Source: a virus. Taken from it: 64,000 bases of DNA. The notes below the pieces were generated by a model, which was given only the letters and a program-made list of their open reading frames with translations, was not told the origin of the DNA and searched no databases. This document shows, one piece after another, positions 8,388-17,830 of this stretch (its first letter is position 1; each line of letters opens with the position of its first letter). The stretch lies in the UHGV virus genome UHGV-0176771. One strand, written 5' to 3'. Both the position numbers and the translations under genes were made by a program.

Positions 8388-8987
8388 GTGAATTATTATA
8401 TTAGTGATCTACATTTATTCCATAAAAATGTGACGAATGAAGGTTCTAATTTTGACAATAGACCGTTTGATACAATGGAAGAAATGCATAAAGTGATTAG
8501 AGAAAATTGGAACTCAAAAGTGACGAATGCAGATCATGTCTATATTTTAGGAGATCTGGCATGGAAAGAAAATGAAGATGCTATTGCATTTGTAAGTACA
8601 TTACGCGGAAACAAACATCTGATTCTTGGAAACCATGATAAAGCGACAGATCAAAGGTATAAACAGTTATTTGTAGAAATAGCAAATTATAAAGAAGCGA
8701 AAGATATGATTGACGGAAAAGAGTATCATGTCGTAATGTCTCACTTTCCATTGGCCTTTTGGAATCATCAGCATCATTACAGAAGAGATGGAAAAGAGCA
8801 TAAAGTGTGGTCTGTTCACTTATATGGGCACGTACATAATTCTGTAGAAGAAGGTTATTATCAAGAATTTATCAGAAAACTAAACATGGAATACGGAATT
8901 AAGTGTATTGCAAAAAATGTAGGATGTATGTTATGGAATTATACTCCAGTAACATTAAAAGAAATTTTAGATAACAAAGGAGAATAA
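8388..8987 (+). CDS. calcineurin-like metallophosphoesterase
   Basis: GTG start after GAGGTGATA. Motifs ISDLHLFH, ILGDLAW, GNHD and HVH in the order of the metallophosphoesterase fold. Confidence 0.6.
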   Translation: MNYYISDLHLFHKNVTNEGSNFDNRPFDTMEEMHKVIRENWNSKVTNADHVYILGDLAWKENEDAIAFVSTLRGNKHLILGNHDKATDQRYKQLFVEIANYKEAKDMIDGKEYHVVMSHFPLAFWNHQHHYRRDGKEHKVWSVHLYGHVHNSVEEGYYQEFIRKLNMEYGIKCIAKNVGCMLWNYTPVTLKEILDNKGE

Positions 8988-8991
8988 GAAT

Positions 8992-9309
8992 ATGAGAGCA
9001 ATGATTTGTCAGCCGATGCCGGGGAAAACAGATGAAGAGATTGTGAATACAAGAGAAAAGGCAGCGCAGTATCTGTTAGATAGAGGATGTGAAATTGTCG
9101 ATACCTTGTTTACAGATGAATGGTATTCAAAAGAGAAGAACGAACGTGATATTTCAAATAGAGCACTTTTCTTTTTGGCAAAGTCTTTAGAGAAGATGTC
9201 GTTATGTAATATTGCTTATTTCTGCAAAGGTTGGGAAGATTACAGAGGATGTCGTATTGAACATGCTGCAGCATCTGCTTACGGGCTAGATATTATTTAT
9301 GAGGAGTAA
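8992..9309 (+). CDS. DUF4406-like protein (nucleoside 2-deoxyribosyltransferase-like fold)
   Basis: 105 aa; N-terminal MRAMICQPMPGKTDEE and C-terminal CKGWEDYRGCRIEHAAASAYGLDII resemble the DUF4406 pattern (I.GPMTG ... GWE.S.GA..E...A...G..V). Confidence 0.4.
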   Translation: MRAMICQPMPGKTDEEIVNTREKAAQYLLDRGCEIVDTLFTDEWYSKEKNERDISNRALFFLAKSLEKMSLCNIAYFCKGWEDYRGCRIEHAAASAYGLDIIYEE

Positions 9310-9314
9310 TTTTA

Positions 9315-9623
9315 ATGGGTAGTTTTGGACTATATGGAATTCAAAATGTAAGTTTTATTGATCTTGAAACTGGAAAGAAGATTAATATAGATAATGCTTC
9401 AGTGTCGATTGAGGATGAAAAAAGAAATTACAATAATAGTAAACTAAATTTCAAGAATATGAATTTAAAGGATAAAACCTTCGTGTGTGAACTTCCTTAT
9501 ATTAATAAGAAGAAATTGTACAATATATTATATGGGATTACAAATAATTACAGACGTTTGCATGGTGGACATGCTTTGAGAGAAGTAACTAGAAGAAGAT
9601 ACATAATGAAAAATAAAAGATAA
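9315..9623 (+). CDS. hypothetical protein
   Basis: 102-aa ORF, basic C-terminus. Confidence 0.35.
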   Translation: MGSFGLYGIQNVSFIDLETGKKINIDNASVSIEDEKRNYNNSKLNFKNMNLKDKTFVCELPYINKKKLYNILYGITNNYRRLHGGHALREVTRRRYIMKNKR

Positions 9624-9647
9624 GCAAGAAAAAGAGAGGTAATAAGT

Positions 9648-11705
9648 ATGGAATTTAAAGAATTTAGAAATATGATTTCTGATCATTTTAAAACAATGAC
9701 AAAAGATGTTGATAGGTTGTTTGAAGTTGGTGTAGATAAGGATGAAATGTGGAATACATATCTTGATAGTTTTCCGTCAGGAACAAATGAGATTTACAGG
9801 AAAAGAAGGGAATATGATTGTAGTTGTTGTAGACAGTTTATCAAGCAAATTGGTAATGCTGTAGTAGTTAAAGACAATAAGCTGGAGACAATTTGGGATT
9901 TAGACATTCATGATAATAAATTTGAAACTGTTGCAAAAGCTATGTCTGATTTTATAAGAAGGCACTGTGTGACAGACGTGTATGTAAGCAAATTCAAAAA
10001 AATTGGAACAGAGTCCAACTATGAACAGTATGAAGACGGAACAATGAAAAAGTGGGAACATTTTCAAATTATTTTAGACGATAAATTTGTGGACAAAACT
10101 ACTCGATCAATTGGTGATATTAAAGGCGGATTTAGAGACACGAAAAATGTATTTAAAAGGTCTCTTGATGAAATTTCTATGGATGCGTTAGAGACAGTGC
10201 TTGAGCTTATCAATTCCAACACTCTATACAAAGGAGAAGAGTGGAAGTCTATCCTGATGGAATTTAAGAGATATAAGAAAGAATATGAAAAATTAAATTC
10301 TGATGAGGATCGCGATTTATATGCATGGGAGAATTCTGTAAAAGCAGGTATTGCAATTGGACGAATTAGAAATCACAGTATCGGAACACTTCTTGTGAAT
10401 GTAAGTAATGACATGGATCTTGATACAGCAGTAAAAAAATATGAACAGATTGTAGCACCGGCAAATTATAAAAGACCTAAAGCAATTTTTACGAAAAAAA
10501 TGTTAGAAGATGCAAAGAAGACAATTTCTGAATTAGGATATATGGATTCTCTCAATAGAAGATTTGCAACTTTGGATGATATTACGGTGAATAATATTTT
10601 GTTCTCAAATAAAGATGCAGCGAAACGAATTTCAGATTCATCTGACATCTTTGGAGAATTAGAAAAACAGGTTGTAGTTAATCCAAGAAAATTTTCAAGA
10701 GTAGAAGAAATTTCTGCAAATGATTTCATTAAAAATGTCTTACCATCAGCGAAAGAAGTAGAAGTGCTAGTGGAAAACAAGCATTCGAATAATTTTGTTT
10801 CTCTAATTGCTCCTTGCAACAAAGATTCTAAATCAATGTTTAAATGGAACAATGGATTGAGTTGGGCTTATTCAGGCAATATTACGGATTCTGACATGAA
10901 GCAGAATGTAAAAGCTGCAGGTGGAAATGTGGATGGTGTTCTTAGATTCTCTATCCAATGGAATGAAGATGGAAGAGACAATTGTGATTTAGATGCACAT
11001 TGTATTGAACCAAACGGAAATGAAATTTATTTCAGTAATTGTAGAAAACCATCAATGTCATATATGACAGGTCAACTTGATGTAGACATTATTCATCCAA
11101 ATGGCAAGGTTGCTGTGGAAAATATTACATGGTCAGATAAATCAAAAATGAAACCAGGTGTTTACAAATTTTTTGTAAATCAGTATTCAGGAAGTGCTAG
11201 AAATGGATTTAGAGCAGAGATTGAATTCAATGGAGAAATTTATTCTTTTGATTATAGCAATTCAATGAGAACGGGACAAGATGTTTATGTAGCTGATGTA
11301 ATTTTGGATACTAATGGGGAATTTACAATCAAGGAAAAAATTTCCGGGAACTCTAAAGTCTCAAGTAGAACAGTTTGGGGAATTTCAACAAATGAGTTTA
11401 CGCCGGTATCGGTAGTTTGTTATAGCCCAAATTATTTTGACGAACAGGACGGTATTGGTCATAGACATTTGTTCTTTATGTTGAACGGATGTAAAAATGA
11501 TGAAGAACCAAATGGATACTATAATGAATTCTTAAAGAGTGAATTAGAAAAGCATAAAAGAGTATTTGAAGCTCTAGGATCAAAATGCCATGTAGAAGAT
11601 TCTGAGGATCAGCTTTCTGGAATTGGTTTTAGCATGACAAAAAGAGCAGAGCTGGTTGTAAAAGTAAAAGGTGCAACAGAGAGAATTTTAAAAATTAAGT
11701 TTTAA
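9648..11705 (+). CDS. large hypothetical protein (685 aa)
   Basis: Long uninterrupted ORF with a strong RBS (AAGAGAGGTAATAAGT ATG); no motif I can assign with confidence. Confidence 0.5.
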   Translation: MEFKEFRNMISDHFKTMTKDVDRLFEVGVDKDEMWNTYLDSFPSGTNEIYRKRREYDCSCCRQFIKQIGNAVVVKDNKLETIWDLDIHDNKFETVAKAMSDFIRRHCVTDVYVSKFKKIGTESNYEQYEDGTMKKWEHFQIILDDKFVDKTTRSIGDIKGGFRDTKNVFKRSLDEISMDALETVLELINSNTLYKGEEWKSILMEFKRYKKEYEKLNSDEDRDLYAWENSVKAGIAIGRIRNHSIGTLLVNVSNDMDLDTAVKKYEQIVAPANYKRPKAIFTKKMLEDAKKTISELGYMDSLNRRFATLDDITVNNILFSNKDAAKRISDSSDIFGELEKQVVVNPRKFSRVEEISANDFIKNVLPSAKEVEVLVENKHSNNFVSLIAPCNKDSKSMFKWNNGLSWAYSGNITDSDMKQNVKAAGGNVDGVLRFSIQWNEDGRDNCDLDAHCIEPNGNEIYFSNCRKPSMSYMTGQLDVDIIHPNGKVAVENITWSDKSKMKPGVYKFFVNQYSGSARNGFRAEIEFNGEIYSFDYSNSMRTGQDVYVADVILDTNGEFTIKEKISGNSKVSSRTVWGISTNEFTPVSVVCYSPNYFDEQDGIGHRHLFFMLNGCKNDEEPNGYYNEFLKSELEKHKRVFEALGSKCHVEDSEDQLSGIGFSMTKRAELVVKVKGATERILKIKF

Positions 11706-11724
11706 TCAAGAAGGAGAAAGTAAT

Positions 11725-12102
11725 ATGAGTACGAACATGTTTGAAATTGCTACTAGAAACAAATTTAGATTTCCATTTAAAGGTGTGATTTCTACCGAAG
11801 ATTTATGGGATTTAAGTGTAGAGAGTCTTGACAATGTGTTCAAGACGCTTAACTCTGAGATGAAGAAAACAAAAGAAGAAAGTCTTTTGAGTACAAAGAG
11901 CAAGGACGATGAAGTGCTTGAACTAAAAATTGAAATTGTTAAACATATTGTTACGGTAAAACAGGAAGAAAAGGAAGCAAGAGAAAGGAAATTCTTGGAT
12001 AGAGAACGTAATCAGAAAATTATGTCTATTATTGCTGCGAAGCAGGATGAACAGTTACATAATATGTCAGTAGAAGAATTGCAGAAATTGCTTGTAGAAT
12101 AA
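11725..12102 (+). CDS. hypothetical protein
   Basis: 125 aa with a coiled-coil-like charged sequence; RBS AAGGAGAAAG. Confidence 0.45.
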   Translation: MSTNMFEIATRNKFRFPFKGVISTEDLWDLSVESLDNVFKTLNSEMKKTKEESLLSTKSKDDEVLELKIEIVKHIVTVKQEEKEARERKFLDRERNQKIMSIIAAKQDEQLHNMSVEELQKLLVE

Positions 12103-12115
12103 GTGAATAATAAAA

Positions 12116-12155
12116 CAGACACTCATCTCCGCGACCAAACTTTGATGGGTGTCTG
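12116..12155 (+). terminator. stem-loop downstream of the 11725-12102 gene (possible terminator or module boundary)
   Basis: CAGACACTCATC-17 nt-GATGGGTGTCTG forms a 12-bp stem with one G-U pair. The flanks are A-rich rather than U-rich, so termination is uncertain. Confidence 0.3.
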
Positions 12156-12260
12156 AAAACACAATACATTGGACAATTAGGAATCCAACGCAACTAATAT
12201 ATTACATATCTTTACATGTTTAGTCAAGCATGGATTCCAAATTTACAAAATTAAATATAG

Positions 12261-13100
12261 GTGGGAGTGATTATTATCGGAGAGTACAAGCCAATTAATT
12301 TTACATATTATAATCCGAGAACCAGCATTTTTAAATCTGGGAAAAGTGACAGAGAACGTATTTCTGTTTATAAGTGTAATAATTGCGAAAATTGCGATGC
12401 TTATAAGCGCAAATGTTGTGTGATGCTGAATGGATTATGGTGGCATAAGTGTCCTTACGGCACAATTGAAAAGAAAGAAGGTTTTACAAAAGCAGCACGT
12501 AAATGCGGATATTTAGTAAGTGAATATAAGGAAAAATACGGAGATGTTGAATATGCGTTAAAACCATTAAATTTTGTATGCGAAATTGGAGATTATGTTT
12601 ATCTTGGATTGCCACATCTTAATGGTTATAATAATCCGATTCGAAATAGTGATTTCTTTGTAGATGATGACATGATTAAGAAAGAAGATTTTACGCCTGA
12701 ATTTATTGTGGGACTTATTAAATATAGACCATATGCACTTATGGGCGGAGAAATATCTTCTTATCAGAAAGAATATGTCCCAAAGTTCTGTGATCAACTT
12801 AAAAGATTTATGCCTGATATGTATACAAGAGTGTGTGAAATTTATCCGGAAATTAGGTCATTGGTAGAGAATATTGATTATACAGGCAAGAGAGCAAAGT
12901 TAATGACACTTCTTCCTGGGGAAGTTAAATTATCGACAGATGTTCTTGAATGGGATGGTGAATTATTACACGGGAAAGGTAAACAAATTTCATTTTGGGG
13001 ATTAGACGACGAAGAAGTAACTATTATTCCAAATGAAAATACAATCGTGACGATTTGTGATAATTCGACAGTGACAAATGAAACAGAATTCGAGGAGTAA
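12261..13100 (+). CDS. hypothetical Cys-rich protein
   Basis: 279-aa ORF with an N-terminal cluster CNNCENCDAYKRKCC...HKCPYG. Start codon uncertain (GTG at 12261 after GGTGGGAG). Confidence 0.4.
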   Translation: MGVIIIGEYKPINFTYYNPRTSIFKSGKSDRERISVYKCNNCENCDAYKRKCCVMLNGLWWHKCPYGTIEKKEGFTKAARKCGYLVSEYKEKYGDVEYALKPLNFVCEIGDYVYLGLPHLNGYNNPIRNSDFFVDDDMIKKEDFTPEFIVGLIKYRPYALMGGEISSYQKEYVPKFCDQLKRFMPDMYTRVCEIYPEIRSLVENIDYTGKRAKLMTLLPGEVKLSTDVLEWDGELLHGKGKQISFWGLDDEEVTIIPNENTIVTICDNSTVTNETEFEE

Positions 13101-13178
13101 AGAAGACAAGAAAAGATACGATGCAGAACGCCGCAGCGACTAGAACATGGTTTGATGAATATGAGAAAGGAAAACAAA

Positions 13179-13505
13179 ATGGTAACTAAAGAATTAGGGA
13201 AAATCACTTTCGCTGAATATGGAACCATTAGAGATTACCCATATTATATAGGTTTGCAACTCGGTTTTCGTATGAATGGAAGTGCTGTTATGGACGGCGG
13301 AAAATATACAGTAAATATTAGTCCAGAATGTAAATGGTGGAAAACGAACCGAGAAGAGTCTATTACGAAATCTGTTGAAGAAGTTAATCGGATTTTAAAA
13401 GATGCAAAAGTAAATTATGTATCTGAGTTAGTAAATAAACCGGTTGAAGTAACTATTGAAAATAACACATTTAAAGACTTCAGGATTCTTACTGAGGTGT
13501 TGTAG
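13179..13505 (+). CDS. hypothetical protein
   Basis: ATG at 13179 with GAGAAAGGAAAA upstream; the track ORF starts at 13152. Confidence 0.4.
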   Translation: MVTKELGKITFAEYGTIRDYPYYIGLQLGFRMNGSAVMDGGKYTVNISPECKWWKTNREESITKSVEEVNRILKDAKVNYVSELVNKPVEVTIENNTFKDFRILTEVL

Positions 13506-13514
13506 GGGTGAAAT

Positions 13515-13979
13515 ATGTTTTTTAAAACAAAGAAGAAAGAAAAACAAAAAACATTTATTTATTGTCCAAAATGCAATACTGAATTAATTAAAAATGGATT
13601 GTTCATAAAAGATGAAGATGGAGTGCTCGAATACGGATGTCCGAAGTGCGGAACAACATCTTTTTGGGATTTTAGTTTCCCGGCTCCGTATTTAAGAACA
13701 TGTAAGGATTGTATGCATATACATGATAATGATTTTGGTTCACCTTATTGTGAAAAAGAGGTAAACAAAAAATGTAGTCCAAATACACAAAAAATGTTTG
13801 ATGTGCGAGGATGTGAATATTGTGATACCGGACTTCCTTTTGCATATGGAAGAACAAACTCTCAAGGAATCTCTATTCAATATCCAAATGAATTAACTGC
13901 TTATGCGTATGACAAAAATATAGCTACTATGAAAATTAAATATTGTCCTATGTGTGGCAAGAAATTGAAAGAGGGATAA
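13515..13979 (+). CDS. hypothetical multi-zinc-ribbon protein
   Basis: 154 aa with four CxxC pairs (CPKC, CPKCG, CEYC, CPMCG). Confidence 0.45.
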   Translation: MFFKTKKKEKQKTFIYCPKCNTELIKNGLFIKDEDGVLEYGCPKCGTTSFWDFSFPAPYLRTCKDCMHIHDNDFGSPYCEKEVNKKCSPNTQKMFDVRGCEYCDTGLPFAYGRTNSQGISIQYPNELTAYAYDKNIATMKIKYCPMCGKKLKEG

Positions 13980-14045
13980 AACAAATAATGGATAAGTTAT
14001 CAAATAAAAACTGGATTTCAAATTATGTTTTAAAAGGAGATATAA

Positions 14046-14327
14046 ATGAAACCTAAAATCGGTAGAAAAGTATATTGTATTTATGGTACAGGAATCATGG
14101 TTGATTATGTTGGTTATGTAGGGAAAGATAGCTTTATAGTTGATAGTTATGGGGGGTGTAAAGAATCAGATAGCTGGGAATGGGATTATGATTTATATGG
14201 TGAAAAATGGTTCACAAGTTTGTCTAAAGCTAAAAAGAAACTAATTGATATGTATAAAGATAAATATGAAAACAAATTAAAAATAGTGAAAATTGCAGAT
14301 GATTGGTATGCACTTGAGTTTTGTTAA
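14046..14327 (+). CDS. hypothetical protein
   Basis: 93-aa ORF; RBS AAAAGGAGATATAA. Confidence 0.4.
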   Translation: MKPKIGRKVYCIYGTGIMVDYVGYVGKDSFIVDSYGGCKESDSWEWDYDLYGEKWFTSLSKAKKKLIDMYKDKYENKLKIVKIADDWYALEFC

Positions 14328-14350
14328 TATGGGAGAAGGTGGTATAGAAA

Positions 14351-14629
14351 ATGAATAAAGATTGGACTTCAGTTAAAAAGACGGGGTTGCCTGAATTAGA
14401 AGAAGTTTCAACAACAAATTTCAGTTCTGTATATAAAAGCAAAGAAGTTTTAATTCAAACCAAACGAGGCGAGCGATTTGTGGCATATTGTAGAAAAGAA
14501 ATGTACGCGAATAAGAAATGGAAAGATGAAGTTTATTGGTTTATATATGGAACAGGCGGAAGGAAAATGAAAGTAATTAGTAAAGTGATTGCTTGGATGG
14601 AATTACCGGATAGATATGAAGGAGAATAG
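14351..14629 (+). CDS. hypothetical protein
   Basis: 92-aa ORF; RBS GGGAGAAGGTGG. Confidence 0.4.
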   Translation: MNKDWTSVKKTGLPELEEVSTTNFSSVYKSKEVLIQTKRGERFVAYCRKEMYANKKWKDEVYWFIYGTGGRKMKVISKVIAWMELPDRYEGE

Positions 14630-14633
14630 TACA

Positions 14634-15272
14634 GTGAACAAATATTTAAGTATTATTACAAATTTTGGGTGTCATTATACATGTCCGTATTGCATTGTAA
14701 AAGAAAATAATTTAAAGATCCCTAAAACAACTATCAAAGGTCTTCACAAGTTGTTGCCTGATATTAATAAATATTGTTGTGATATTATCTCTGTTTCGGG
14801 TGGTGGTGATCCGTTACATAATTACGAAGAAAACAAAGATTGGTGGGATGTACTTTTTAAAAAAGCCGATTCGTATCATTTGCCAATAGAGATTCATACA
14901 TCTTATATTGATAATTTAGCGGTGAACAAATTAGCAGCGAAAACAAAACGAATGGTGTATCATCTTAGAGATTTTTCGCAACTTGAAAAAATTAAAAGGT
15001 TTGGAGATGAAATCATTCGTGTTGTATATGTTGTAACGAAAGATTTTACATTACAGCAGTTAATGGATATTAGTTTATTCGTTAAGAACTCAGACTGTAT
15101 TGATGAATTGAGTTTTAGACAAATGGTGAACGAGGATTACCAAGAAGAACATTATTTAGAAGATTACTTGAAATTAGGACATAAGAAATTATGGCACTAT
15201 ATTGAGCAAAATGATTACAACTTATATTATGCGGAGAATAAAATTTATACAAGTTTTGAAGAGTTTAATTAG
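14634..15272 (+). CDS. radical SAM domain protein (small, QueE/NrdG-like activating-enzyme size class)
   Basis: GTG start 8 nt after AAGGAGAA; CxxxCxxC cluster GCHYTCPYC at residues 10-17; downstream SVSGGGDPL glycine-rich motif; about 212 aa. Distinct from the NrdG at 55274. Confidence 0.55.
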   Translation: MNKYLSIITNFGCHYTCPYCIVKENNLKIPKTTIKGLHKLLPDINKYCCDIISVSGGGDPLHNYEENKDWWDVLFKKADSYHLPIEIHTSYIDNLAVNKLAAKTKRMVYHLRDFSQLEKIKRFGDEIIRVVYVVTKDFTLQQLMDISLFVKNSDCIDELSFRQMVNEDYQEEHYLEDYLKLGHKKLWHYIEQNDYNLYYAENKIYTSFEEFN

Positions 15273-15425
15273 TGATATGGATTTAAAGAGAGAGCAAGAA
15301 TACATTAAGAATTTTTTTTGAAGAGTTAACGTATAAAGAGTTTACGCAGATGCTTGATGAATGTGGAAATAATCTAATATTACCTACAAAACAAATTTAT
15401 TCGGAGTTGGTTAAGGAAGGATTTT

Positions 15426-15854
15426 ATGATTAAAGAATTTTGTTTAGCATGGGAGAAAAATAAAGACAAGCTTGAGGAGTATTTTAAGAATACAAAACAA
15501 GACGAGTATAGTGAGTATATGGATTTAGTTGGGTTACTATTTGATATTGTTATTAATCCTGAACTTGGGGGTTGGGATACTAACAAATTTGATACGAAAA
15601 ATATTTTGAAAATTGATGACGGAGATTATCAAGGAACAGAAATTTATATTTTACATAGGGATGTGTATCAGCCAGGTATCGAAGATTATGTATATACAAA
15701 TACATATTATGGTTCATGCAGCGGATGTGATACTTTGTTATCAATTAACGAATACGAAGATGGATTACCAAGTGAGTCTCAGGTTAATGATTACATGGAT
15801 CTATGTTTACATCTTTTACAAAGATGTCATTATATGATTGACGAGGAGAAATAA
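15426..15854 (+). CDS. hypothetical protein
   Basis: 142-aa ORF; RBS AAGGAAGGATTTT. Confidence 0.45.
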   Translation: MIKEFCLAWEKNKDKLEEYFKNTKQDEYSEYMDLVGLLFDIVINPELGGWDTNKFDTKNILKIDDGDYQGTEIYILHRDVYQPGIEDYVYTNTYYGSCSGCDTLLSINEYEDGLPSESQVNDYMDLCLHLLQRCHYMIDEEK

Positions 15855-15958
15855 CAGGAAGTTAATAGAACAATAGATAATAACAAAAGAGTAAAAGTAA
15901 CAGAAAAATTATTCAAATACAAAGGATGAAATGTCTGTTTTATGAGGTGAAAAATAAA

Positions 15959-16513
15959 ATGAAAAGTTACAAAGAAGAGTATTTAAAAGTATTAGACACA
16001 CTGATAGAAGTACGGCAGATTCTAGAAGAAAATGGATTTGATAAAGGGATGTATAACAGTGACTTGTCAGAATTATATGCTCTAACGAAGAAGCTATTGA
16101 GTATTGCATATAAATATAAAAAATGGAACATTGATAAAAATGTTATGGCGTATAAAGGTTTTACAGAAATTGAATATGGAATAGGAATTTTCAGATTTAA
16201 AAATATTACAAATTATGGTGATATTGACGAGGAAGAATTATTAAAAATATCTTTTCCAACTGGAGGTTATATTTTTGGCGATTATTATGATGTTGAATAT
16301 TTTGAAGAGTTTTATAAAGAGCTACATAATGTAAAACCTAAATACGAAGACGTGTTGAATCACGCATTGTATTATTCAGTGGACAATGGAGATGAGGCAT
16401 ATGCTCATTATAAAAACACATATGATAAGTTTTTAAAAAAATATGACACCAGAAGAAAACAGATGCAGATTAAAGAATTGGAAGAACAGATTAGTAAACT
16501 GAAAGAAGAATAA
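15959..16513 (+). CDS. hypothetical protein
   Basis: ATG at 15959 after GAGGTGAAAAATAAA; the track ORF starts at 15926. Confidence 0.45.
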   Translation: MKSYKEEYLKVLDTLIEVRQILEENGFDKGMYNSDLSELYALTKKLLSIAYKYKKWNIDKNVMAYKGFTEIEYGIGIFRFKNITNYGDIDEEELLKISFPTGGYIFGDYYDVEYFEEFYKELHNVKPKYEDVLNHALYYSVDNGDEAYAHYKNTYDKFLKKYDTRRKQMQIKELEEQISKLKEE

Positions 16514-16561
16514 CATGACTGATAAAATACAATTTTCAAATTATTGTTGAGGTGAGAGAAA

Positions 16562-17251
16562 ATGAGATTTAAAGGAGACATTATTATCACGGATCCATGT
16601 TATATTTGCAAAGAAAAGAAAGAGGTAGGAAAATTTCCTAAAGCAAAAGATTATTTTTCTTATAGTAGAGAGAAATATTATCCAGATTACAGAAAAATGG
16701 ATGAAAACGAAATTGAAGCGTTAGAAGAAGATACTGGTTTTCCAAAAGAGTTTTTATTAGAAGAATGGATTCATAAATCTGAACAGTATGAAGAAGAGAA
16801 TAAAAGATATGAAGCAGCCATTCAGGAATATAGAAAAAATAATGTTGATGATTGGGAACTATGCAATTATGGGGAAGATATGGAAGTGTTAGGAATCAAA
16901 AATTATATTTGTAGAGACACATTGTATGGTGATTGGTCTTGCACTACTTACAATTCTGATACGCATGAAAAGATCGGAGAGTTCTGCGCGGATGCTGGGA
17001 TGGTAGGAGTATTTTTACTTGATGAAGTTTTAAAGTATAATCCAGATTTTAATTATCATATTGAATGTCCGTGGACAACAACACTGATTAAAGATTTTGA
17101 CGGAGAAATTGATTTTGAAATTATCCATACAGAAGGTGTATATGAAGATGATACGGAGTTTCATAGCAAGGGTGATAGATGGGAAGATGATTCTGTAAGT
17201 GTTATTGGAAGAGGGAATATTAATTTTGAAACAAGACAGACAGGATTTTAG
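16562..17251 (+). CDS. hypothetical protein
   Basis: 229-aa ORF; RBS GAGGTGAGAGAAA. Confidence 0.45.
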   Translation: MRFKGDIIITDPCYICKEKKEVGKFPKAKDYFSYSREKYYPDYRKMDENEIEALEEDTGFPKEFLLEEWIHKSEQYEEENKRYEAAIQEYRKNNVDDWELCNYGEDMEVLGIKNYICRDTLYGDWSCTTYNSDTHEKIGEFCADAGMVGVFLLDEVLKYNPDFNYHIECPWTTTLIKDFDGEIDFEIIHTEGVYEDDTEFHSKGDRWEDDSVSVIGRGNINFETRQTGF

Positions 17252-17345
17252 AATTTGTAGTTTCATGGTTCCATAGACAACAGAATTTGGATTAAATAAG
17301 TGGGAATTAAATTGTGAGATTCGCTCATATGAAGTAGTCAGTAAT

Positions 17346-17651
17346 ATGTCTGATCCGGTTCACTTAGCAATAAATAAAGTAGAGGTGATTATATTGATTA
17401 ATAGTTTTAAAATTACAAACATTAATATCGATAAGTTGAACAAAAAAATAGATGAGTTTCAAGTTTCTAATCAACTTTCTCCATACATTTTTATGAATTC
17501 AGATACTATTGAAGAATTAATAAAAATAGCTGGATATAATCCAGACAAAGTGTGGGGAGTAATGGAACAAGAAGGTGTATATGGAACTTATAAAGGAAAT
17601 AAAATATTTTGTGATGAAGAAAAAGGTTTCGGAGAAGTCGAATTGAGATAA
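17346..17651 (+). CDS. hypothetical protein
   Basis: 101-aa ORF; an alternative TTG start at 17395 follows GAGGTGA. Confidence 0.35.
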   Translation: MSDPVHLAINKVEVIILINSFKITNINIDKLNKKIDEFQVSNQLSPYIFMNSDTIEELIKIAGYNPDKVWGVMEQEGVYGTYKGNKIFCDEEKGFGEVELR

Positions 17652-17687
17652 ATATTGTTTTGTTAAAAGCATAAAGAGAATAATATA

Positions 17688-17707
17688 TTGACGGTCATGA
17701 ACGTCAA
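17688..17707 (+). promoter_or_regulatory. 20-bp near-palindrome (operator-like) overlapping a -35-like TTGACG upstream of the methyltransferase gene
   Basis: TTGACGGTCATGAACGTCAA: 6-bp perfect arms plus an inner TCATGA core, with 2 mismatches over 20 bp; A/T-rich -10 candidates (TAAAAT/TATATT) follow. It sits in the 179-bp gap before the MTase. Confidence 0.4.
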
Positions 17708-17830
17708 ATAAAATATATTTTTCATTTGAATCAGATCAGTTGCAAATGGTCTAATTACATAGATATTTAAGAAAGGATAAATGAGCAATCCTAGGTAGAA
17801 TGTGTGTGCACACCTCTTATATAGAGGTAA

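Noticed and set aside
12103-12260. Intergenic gaps scanned for tRNA or tmRNA genes (also 17652-17830, 19667-19931, 36351-36565, 57991-58552)
   Set aside because: No cloverleaf-compatible sequence with a GTTCRANYC T-loop and matching acceptor stem was found by eye. The CCA-enzyme cluster therefore has no local tRNA genes in this window.
14634-15272. The radical-SAM ORF being the NrdG activase
   Set aside because: A clear NrdG with the NrdG-type N-terminal motif and operon coupling to nrdD is present at 55274-55918. This one is a separate paralogue.
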